62,665 nucleotides of DNA, from NCBI GenBank assembly GCA_050008795.1, contig JBEKLX010000002.1, forward strand, positions 1-62,665. The letters are read 5' to 3'. Source of the stretch: Verrucomicrobiia bacterium. Lineage in GTDB: Bacteria; Verrucomicrobiota; Verrucomicrobiia; Palsa-1439. The notes under the pieces are model-generated. The model had not been told where the DNA came from. It made no database searches and saw only the letters and a program-made list of their open reading frames with translations. Numbering within the stretch: the stretch's first letter is position 1; each line of letters opens with the position of its first letter. This document shows, in pieces, positions 56,256-62,665 of the stretch. Both the position numbers and the translations under genes were made by a program.

Positions 56256-57842
56256 TCAGTTCGCCTGCGGTCCCGCCGCAATAATCTCGGCGGGGACTCC
56301 ATTGAACTGCTCGAAGTTCTTCGCAAATTTTGCCGCCAAATCCTGCGACCTATGCTCGTAGTTGTGCGCGTCTTGCGCCGAGGCCCGCGGGTCAAGGACT
56401 TCCAGCGGCACGCCGGGCAACGCCTTTGGCACTTCAAATCCAAAAATCGGATCCTTGCGAAACTCGGCCTTGTCGAGTGTGCCTTCGAGGATCTGCGTGA
56501 CATTCTCGCGGTTGATGGTCAACCGAATCCGTGGCGCTTTGCCGAACGGGTTGCCCACCCATCCTGTATTCAGCAAGTAACAGTGTACCTTGTGCTTCTT
56601 CATTCGTTCCGCAAGCATCCGGGCATACGTTTGCGGCGGCAGCGGCAGGAATGGCGCGCCGAAACAGGTCGAGAATATCGGCGCGGGGTCCTTGCCATCG
56701 CTCGTTTCCGTCCCCGCCAGTTTCGCCGTGTAACCGCTCATGAAATGATACATCGCCTGCGCGGGACTCAGTCGCGCCACCGCCGGCAGCACGCCGAACG
56801 CGTCGCAGGCTAGGAAAATGACCGCCCGCGGATGTCCGCCCATGCCACTCAGTTCAATGTGCGGAATATATTCGAGCGGATAAGCGCACCGCGTGTTCTC
56901 CGTCACCGAATCATTGTTGTAATCCGGCTCGCGCGTCACCGGATCAACCACCACGTTCTCGATGACCGAACCAAACCGGATTGCCTCCCAGATCAACGGC
57001 TCGCGTTTCTTGGTCAATTTGATGCACTTTGCGTAGCAGCCGCCTTCGAAGTTGAACACGCCGGTGTCGCTCCATCCATGTTCGTCGTCGCCGATCAACG
57101 TGCGGTCGGGATCTGCTGACAAGGTCGTCTTGCCCGTGCCGCTGAGGCCGAAGAAGACCGCCACGTCGCCTTTTGTGCCGATGTTCGCCGAGCAATGCAT
57201 CGGCAGTACGTTCTTCGACGGCAGTATGTAGTTTAGCGCGGTAAAAATGCTCTTCTTCATTTCACCGGCATACTGCGTTCCGCCAATCAGCACCGTTCTC
57301 CGCGCGATATCGAGGATCACGAACGCCTCGCTGTTCAGCTTGTACTTCTTCGGATCGGCGAGAAATCGGCAGGCATTGATGACCGTCCACTCAGGAACGT
57401 GGTTGACCAGTTGGTCAGGCGCGGCTTTACGGAATAATTGTTTGACGAACAATGCATGCCACGCCAGCTCCGTGATGATCCGGATCGGTATCGTAAAGCG
57501 CGGGTCTGCGCCCGCGAATGCATCGACGACGAACAATTCGCGGTTCTGCAGGGAATTCATCACCTCTTGTCGCAATGACAGATAATCCGTCTCAACGATT
57601 GGTTGATTGACCTTGCTCCACCAAATCCGGTCGTGACTCGATGGTTCATCCACAATGAATTTGTCTCGAGGGGAACGTCCTGTCCGCGGGCCCGTCATCA
57701 CATTCAACGCACCGCTGACGGTCAATACGCCCTCGCCCCGCCGCACCGCCTCTTCCACTAATTGCGCGATGGACAGATTCCAATGCATCGTGCTGGATTG
57801 CGGTATACCAAGATCCTTTAAATGTTGGTGATGACTCATCAA
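56256..57842 (-). CDS. pckA: phosphoenolpyruvate carboxykinase (ATP)
   Basis: FFGLSGTGKTTLS, GDDEHGW, NFEGGCYAK. Confidence 0.97.
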   Translation of the reverse strand: MMSHHQHLKDLGIPQSSTMHWNLSIAQLVEEAVRRGEGVLTVSGALNVMTGPRTGRSPRDKFIVDEPSSHDRIWWSKVNQPIVETDYLSLRQEVMNSLQNRELFVVDAFAGADPRFTIPIRIITELAWHALFVKQLFRKAAPDQLVNHVPEWTVINACRFLADPKKYKLNSEAFVILDIARRTVLIGGTQYAGEMKKSIFTALNYILPSKNVLPMHCSANIGTKGDVAVFFGLSGTGKTTLSADPDRTLIGDDEHGWSDTGVFNFEGGCYAKCIKLTKKREPLIWEAIRFGSVIENVVVDPVTREPDYNNDSVTENTRCAYPLEYIPHIELSGMGGHPRAVIFLACDAFGVLPAVARLSPAQAMYHFMSGYTAKLAGTETSDGKDPAPIFSTCFGAPFLPLPPQTYARMLAERMKKHKVHCYLLNTGWVGNPFGKAPRIRLTINRENVTQILEGTLDKAEFRKDPIFGFEVPKALPGVPLEVLDPRASAQDAHNYEHRSQDLAAKFAKNFEQFNGVPAEIIAAGPQAN

Positions 57843-57925
57843 GCGCTCCTGCCACTTGCCCGCGGCATTTACATGGGTTGATCACACAATTGCAATATAA
57901 AACATCACCGGCCGTGCGCCTCGTC

Positions 57926-58798
57926 TCACATCCCGTAAAAACTCTCGACGTCCAGTCCGGTCTCCTCGCCAACACGGCGCGTGATGGCGTCCACTTCGGC
58001 GTCCGCCAGCGCCGTGACCGATTTCCATGCGGGATTGCCATCCACGATTGCCATTGGCTTTCTCGCCACCGTGCAAATCTGCACTCCATGGATACGACCA
58101 CCCGCATTAACGACGTCCCGAAGCCGGCTGCAATACGCGTCGATTTCGTCCGCCGATGGCCCGCGTCCATGCAGCTTAAGAAATAAACTCTGAATGAAGA
58201 TTGGCCGATCTTTCGCCGTCGCCGTGATGTTCTTCAAGATCCGCGCGAAGGGAATCTTCGCGCGGTTGATGAGTCGGAAATACTCCTCGGTCCCTGCATC
58301 GAGTTTCGCCCATACCTCGCCGTCGTTGGCGTCCATGATCGCCAATCCCCGTTTCACGTCGGCGCGAGCCAGCCCGACTGCGTTGGTGATCAACACGATC
58401 TTCACTCCGTGCGGTTTTATCTTCGCAATCGTCTTGATGACCGCTGAGAAATTCCGAAGAGTGGTTGGCTCTGCGTCGCCGCTTAGCGCGATGTCGTTGA
58501 GGCGAAGCAACCCGGGAGGCACGGCGTTGAACGGCGGAAGCTGCGTCAGCCCGCCCGACTGCACAATCTCAAGCGTGGCGCGCAGTTCTTTCTCGGCAAC
58601 GGCGATGTCGAACTTCTCCGCCGGTGCCGCAGCGCTACGGCCCACCTGACAATAGATGCAATCAAAGTTGCAGACTTTGTCAGGGTTGGTGTTGATGCCA
58701 ATGGAAATGCCGCGACTCCGGCGTGAAAGGACCGCATAGACAAACTTGAAGTTCTCAAGCTGCCGCCCATGTTGCCGATGTGCCGATAACATTGTCAT
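57926..58798 (-). CDS. radical SAM protein of unassigned function
   Basis: CNFDCIYCQV cluster motif, LSGDAEPT. Start set to the ATG at 58798, because the upstream extension runs through the 9-mer repeats. Confidence 0.7.
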   Translation of the reverse strand: MTMLSAHRQHGRQLENFKFVYAVLSRRSRGISIGINTNPDKVCNFDCIYCQVGRSAAAPAEKFDIAVAEKELRATLEIVQSGGLTQLPPFNAVPPGLLRLNDIALSGDAEPTTLRNFSAVIKTIAKIKPHGVKIVLITNAVGLARADVKRGLAIMDANDGEVWAKLDAGTEEYFRLINRAKIPFARILKNITATAKDRPIFIQSLFLKLHGRGPSADEIDAYCSRLRDVVNAGGRIHGVQICTVARKPMAIVDGNPAWKSVTALADAEVDAITRRVGEETGLDVESFYGM

Positions 58799-58812
58799 AA
58801 CGGAACAATATC

Positions 58813-58857
58813 CACAGATTTCACAGATTATCACGGATTAAATCCGTGTAATCCGTG
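58813..58857. repeat. five phased CACRGATT / AATCCGTG 8-mers (3 direct + 2 inverted, 9-10-nt period)
   Basis: CACAGATT 58813, CACAGATT 58822, CACGGATT 58832, AATCCGTG 58841, AATCCGTG 58850. Lies in the divergent radical-SAM / era intergenic region. Confidence 0.75.
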
Positions 58858-58882
58858 TTATTCATAGATAAAGTCAACTCTG

Positions 58883-59761
58883 ATGGAACCGCCGCCTAAT
58901 CTCAAATCCGGCCTTGCCGTGCTCCTCGGTCGCACCAACGTCGGCAAATCGACGCTGCTCAATGCGCTTGTCGGCACCAAGATCGCCATCGTCACGCCCA
59001 AGCCACAGACCACGCGCGACACCTATCACGGCATCGTCACGCGACCTGAAGGCCAGATCGTGTTTGTGGACACGCCCGGCATATTCAAGACCCAGCCGAG
59101 CCGGCTTGTCGCCAATCTTCACCACAAAGTCCGCGATGCCATGGAAGGCATCGACGTAATCGTCCATGTCGTTGATCCATCGCGGCCAATCGGTTCCGAA
59201 GACCAGCGCGTGACTGAGCTGGTCGAGCACGCAGCGCAGCCGAAGATTCTTTGCATGAACAAGATTGACCTTGGCGAGTTGCCATTCCGCTCGTCGTGGC
59301 TGGCGCGCGGTCCTAAGTACGCCTCTGTGGTGGAAGTCTCTGCGCTCAAGGAAAAGAATATCGAGCTTCTCATCAACGCCATCTTCCGTCATTTGCCAGT
59401 CGGCCCGGCGCAGTATCCAGATGGTCAGGTCACAAATGTCACCAACGAATTCTGGATCTCCGAACTTATCCGCGAAAAACTTTACCTGCAAACCTCGCAA
59501 GAAGTCCCCTATACCGCCACTATCCAGGTTGAATTGGTCGAAGACCGCAAGGACAGGCAAGGCAAGCCGGTTCTCTACATCAAGGCCGTCATCCTCACCA
59601 CCGACGACCGCCATCAACGCATGCTCATCGGTCAAGGCGCGAGAAAGATCAAGAACATCGGTAGCGCCGCCCGCCATGAGCTCGAAGTAGCCATGAACAA
59701 GAAAGTCTTCCTCGACCTTGATGTACTGGTGGATGAAGACTGGATGAATCGGTTGCAGTAA
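58883..59761 (+). CDS. era: GTPase Era
   Basis: GRTNVGKSTLLNALVG, DTPG, NKID, and a C-terminal KH domain. Confidence 0.95.
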   Translation: MEPPPNLKSGLAVLLGRTNVGKSTLLNALVGTKIAIVTPKPQTTRDTYHGIVTRPEGQIVFVDTPGIFKTQPSRLVANLHHKVRDAMEGIDVIVHVVDPSRPIGSEDQRVTELVEHAAQPKILCMNKIDLGELPFRSSWLARGPKYASVVEVSALKEKNIELLINAIFRHLPVGPAQYPDGQVTNVTNEFWISELIREKLYLQTSQEVPYTATIQVELVEDRKDRQGKPVLYIKAVILTTDDRHQRMLIGQGARKIKNIGSAARHELEVAMNKKVFLDLDVLVDEDWMNRLQ

Positions 59762-59780
59762 GCCACGAGGGTGCCGGGTG

Positions 59781-60173
59781 TCAAAACCGCTGGACGCGGA
59801 CATGGACGCGATCAGGGCGCAGGAACCAGTTCAGCATAAAACTGACGATGCTGATGACGATTGCGCCGCCGACGGCCGTCCAGAATCCTTCAACATGGAA
59901 CGCGGGGATAAGCCAGCTCACGAGTTTGAGCATCAGCCCGTTGACGACCAAGGTGAACAGGCCCAGAGTCAGGATGTTGAACGGCAGGGTCAGCACGAGA
60001 ACCAGTGGACGCAGATACGTGTTGACCAATGCCAACAGAATGGCGGCAGCGATGGTGGTGCGCACCGCAGCTTCTGGCTCGACCCAGATACCACGGAACA
60101 TGGCTTCCACGACCACCAACGCCAGAGCATTGATGGCCAGCTTAACAAACAAGAGTATCAAGCTGCGCGCCAT
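59781..60173 (-). CDS. four-TM membrane protein, phage-holin-4_2 (DUF360) family
   Basis: INALALVVV..., NTYLRPLVLVLTLPFNILTLGLFTLVVNGLML. Confidence 0.7.
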   Translation of the reverse strand: MARSLILLFVKLAINALALVVVEAMFRGIWVEPEAAVRTTIAAAILLALVNTYLRPLVLVLTLPFNILTLGLFTLVVNGLMLKLVSWLIPAFHVEGFWTAVGGAIVISIVSFMLNWFLRPDRVHVRVQRF

Positions 60174-60178
60174 CGGGT

Positions 60179-60715
60179 TCACAGTTTCCACTTGATGATC
60201 GAACCGATGGCGTGGGTGACGGGGTTCTCGACTTTCTTGTGCTCGAGGACAGCTTCGATGGCGTTGCGCAGGTCGTGACTCTTGACCTTCGCAGGATGTT
60301 GCCAGTTGTCATCAATGCGGCCGATGTAGCGAACCCGAAACTTGGAATTGAGGACGAACGCCTCCGGTGTGTACCTCGCGCCATACGCCTGCGCAACGCG
60401 CTGGGTCTCGTCGCGCAGGTAAGGGAAGTTGTAGTTCCTCCGGGTCGCCCGTCTGACCATGTTGTCAAAGGAATCTTCCGGATACCCGGCACTTTCGTTG
60501 GCGTTGATGGCGATGAATTGGACGCCCCGTGGAGCGAACATCCGCTGAAGACCAATCAAGCGGTCCTCGTACGCCTGGACGTATGGGCAATGATTGCACG
60601 TAAACACGACGACCACGACCCGCTTGTCCTTAAACTTTGAGAGCGAATGATCTTTGCCGTCCACTCCGGGAAGGGCAAAGTCAGGAGCTTGCTGATCAAT
60701 CTCAAGTTTCTTCAT
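60179..60715 (-). CDS. thioredoxin-fold thiol-disulfide oxidoreductase (redoxin/AhpC-TSA family)
   Basis: APDFALPGVDG, and VVVFTCNHCPYV with a CxxC-like centre. Confidence 0.8.
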   Translation of the reverse strand: MKKLEIDQQAPDFALPGVDGKDHSLSKFKDKRVVVVVFTCNHCPYVQAYEDRLIGLQRMFAPRGVQFIAINANESAGYPEDSFDNMVRRATRRNYNFPYLRDETQRVAQAYGARYTPEAFVLNSKFRVRYIGRIDDNWQHPAKVKSHDLRNAIEAVLEHKKVENPVTHAIGSIIKWKL

Positions 60716-60886
60716 CGAAAACCTATATCTTCGCCTTATATCTCGCTGATTCACTTCTAGGCTACCAGCGGCTGCGAAAACGTCAAGACCCAGTCGGTAC
60801 CCCGACGCAAATACATTGAGAGCGTCGGCAATATCTGTTACAGAAGACTCGGTTCACCAGCGCGAAACCGGACTTGGATAATTCTT

Positions 60887-61999
60887 ATGGGAAACACGAA
60901 TAGTTTTGCGCAACAAGCCGCGGCGACCATCAATGGCGCCGTCTCCTCTTTGCCAACCCACCGGGTGATGATCGGCCTCGACGGATTCGTGGACGAAATT
61001 ATCAGTGTGGTGGACAAACGCGAGTCGGTCGACAAGTTCACGCGTGTGCCGACCGTTACCGCCTTCGCACAGCGCATCGCAAGGGCGGCGGGACGAAGCT
61101 CCAACGCCGAGTTGGTGGTCGAACGCGTCAAGATGGGCGGCAATGGCCCGATCATGGCCAACGCACTGGCAACGTTCGGTATGCAGGTAACTTACATCGG
61201 CAATGTAGGTTACCCGACTGTGCATCCCGTATTTGCCGAGTTTGCAAAACGCGCCACCGTATACAGTATCGGCGAGCCGGGATGGACCGACGCATTGGAA
61301 TTCGATGACGGCAAACTGCTGCTCGGCAAACGTGCGGCGTTGTGCGATGTGACATGGGCGAATATCGTCGAACGCGTTGGCCGTGAGAAGCTGGCTGAGG
61401 TGTTCACGCAGGCGAGGCTTGTCGGACTTCAGAACTGGACGATGCTGCTGCATATGAGCGACATCTGGCAGCACATGTTGGACGAGTTGTGCCCACGGCT
61501 CACTTTGCGACGGACATTATTCCTTGATCTCGCCGATCCCGAGGAGCGCGATCCGGACGACATTCGGCGCGCACTCAAGTTGATCAGCCGGTTCGAAAAG
61601 CACTTCGATACGTACCTGGGCCTGAACGAGAAGGAAACGTTCGAGATCGGCAACGTGCTTGGCTACAAAGGCGCCCGAGACGGCGAAGCGGCGGTCAAAG
61701 GCGTCGCCCGGTTTATCTGGGAGGCGTTGAAAATCTCGGGAGTGATCGTTCATCCGCGCGCTTACGCAGTCGCGGCCTCTGCGCAGGGTGTTGTCAAGGT
61801 GGACGGTCCGTTCACGCCGAAACCAATGATCAGCACCGGCGGAGGCGACCACTTCAACGCGGGTTTTTGCCTCGGCAAACTTATCGGCGCTGACAACGAG
61901 ACTGCGCTACAGATCGGCGTCGGCGCCAGCGGTTACTACATCCGCACGGGCAAAAGTCCGTCGGCCAACGATCTCATCGATTTCCTACGCACGTTGTAG
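60887..61999 (+). CDS. PfkB-family carbohydrate kinase
   Basis: C-terminal TGGGDHFNAGF anion-hole motif. Overall a ribokinase-like layout. Confidence 0.65.
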   Translation: MGNTNSFAQQAAATINGAVSSLPTHRVMIGLDGFVDEIISVVDKRESVDKFTRVPTVTAFAQRIARAAGRSSNAELVVERVKMGGNGPIMANALATFGMQVTYIGNVGYPTVHPVFAEFAKRATVYSIGEPGWTDALEFDDGKLLLGKRAALCDVTWANIVERVGREKLAEVFTQARLVGLQNWTMLLHMSDIWQHMLDELCPRLTLRRTLFLDLADPEERDPDDIRRALKLISRFEKHFDTYLGLNEKETFEIGNVLGYKGARDGEAAVKGVARFIWEALKISGVIVHPRAYAVAASAQGVVKVDGPFTPKPMISTGGGDHFNAGFCLGKLIGADNETALQIGVGASGYYIRTGKSPSANDLIDFLRTL

Positions 62000-62006
62000 C
62001 CGCAGT

Positions 62007-62665
62007 TTATTCCCGTACACGGATCGGCAACACCACGGTCGCCAAGCCGCGCCACTGGAGACGGCGTTGGATGGCGTAGGCAGTTTCGTTGTGCAGGATG
62101 CGCTGATACCATTTCTCTCGCTCGAATATGAGTTTACCCGTGAAGAAGGTTGCCTTCGGGAATCGTTGCGCAAGCTCAACGCAGATTTTCTCCGCGCCTT
62201 CGACCGGCTCGATCCCAACGTCTATTGCGCTGGTTGCCGCCAACCCGTGGCTGCGGGCAAACGCGACGTACATGTCGAGGTCCTCGTGGACGTGCCACTT
62301 GAGCGCATACAGCGAGTGCAACCCCAGCCCACCGTAGCGGTTGACCAACAGCACGGCAGTGGGTTTGCTCGGGTCGAGGTCCTTCGGCGTCGTGTCGCCC
62401 TCGTTCCCAGTGGGGATATCCTCAAGCGTCTTTGAAAGGATATCCATTTTGGCGGCGACTGTCCGGTAATGATGCCGTATCGCCCAGCATAGTGCGACCA
62501 ATAGCGAGGTGACCACGAGCGTCATCCAACCGCCTTCGGTGAATTTCTCCGCGCCTTCGACCGGCTCGATCCCAACGTCTATTGCGCTGGTTGCCGCCAA
62601 CCCGTGGCTGCGGGCAAACGCGACGTACATGTCGAGGTCCTCGTGGACGTGCCACTTGAGCGCAT
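62007..62665 (-). CDS. C-terminal part of a transporter-like protein (possibly the cytoplasmic tail of an APC-family permease); 5' end outside window; contains an internal in-frame duplication
   Basis: A final TM (GWMTLVVTSLLVALCWAIRHHY), then a soluble tail ending KWYQRILHNETAYAIQRRL. Frame is open to the window edge. Confidence 0.4.
   Translation of the reverse strand, partial: ALKWHVHEDLDMYVAFARSHGLAATSAIDVGIEPVEGAEKFTEGGWMTLVVTSLLVALCWAIRHHYRTVAAKMDILSKTLEDIPTGNEGDTTPKDLDPSKPTAVLLVNRYGGLGLHSLYALKWHVHEDLDMYVAFARSHGLAATSAIDVGIEPVEGAEKICVELAQRFPKATFFTGKLIFEREKWYQRILHNETAYAIQRRLQWRGLATVVLPIRVRE
62187..62308. repeat. 122-bp perfect direct repeat, copy 1
   Basis: Identical to 62544-62665. The offset is 357 nt, which is in frame. 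Confidence 0.9.
62544..62665. repeat. 122-bp perfect direct repeat, copy 2 (runs into window end)
   Basis: Identical to 62187-62308. It may extend beyond the window. Confidence 0.9.

Noticed and set aside
58874-59803. 309-aa minus-strand ORF
   Set aside because: Antisense to era, which has complete G1-G4 motifs and a KH domain on the plus strand.

Overview
62.7-kb high-GC (about 55-60% by eye) chromosomal segment, most likely from a PVC-superphylum bacterium. It looks Verrucomicrobiota-like: an H-X9-DG pseudopilin-type protein, a bS22-type mini-protein, and several GC-rich hairpin and 9-mer repeat families. About 65 protein genes can be supported. Most are housekeeping: mntH fragment, plsY-gpsA, hisG, purN, lnt, secA, pyrE, pgi, obg, fumC, def, eno, ftsB, panD, bioB, the rsmA / pdxA / SurA-like block, pckA and era. 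There is also an envelope-glycosylation cluster at 19.1-25.6 kb and two tRNAs, Val-CAC and initiator-type Met-CAT. The most unusual part is the accessory block at about 39.1-48.5 kb. It starts at tRNA-fMet, which is surrounded by tRNA-derived mini-helix repeats. It encodes a cytoplasmic HisKA_3 kinase and a NarL-type regulator, surrounded by small stress-type membrane proteins, lipoproteins and a large protein with three Ig-like repeats and a DUF3494 ice-binding-like domain. Nearly every transcription unit there is preceded by the same 18-bp palindrome (ATGGGGTGAACACCCCAT or a variant), with a TAnnnT hexamer 22-23 nt downstream. I read this as a self-contained, undescribed regulon. Other points of interest: three tandem paralogs with one GYF-type N-terminal head on three different membrane anchors; a glutamic (G1) peptidase bracketed by transposase-remnant repeats; an EncFtn-type ferritin with no encapsulin and no targeting tail; in-frame hairpin or repeat insertions in pdxA, obg and def; a hairpin-dense pgi leader; a low-GC two-gene islet; and an in-frame 122-bp duplication at the window end. 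All family assignments come from motif recognition by eye, with no searches run. No CRISPR array, rRNA, integrase or recognisable defence system was seen.
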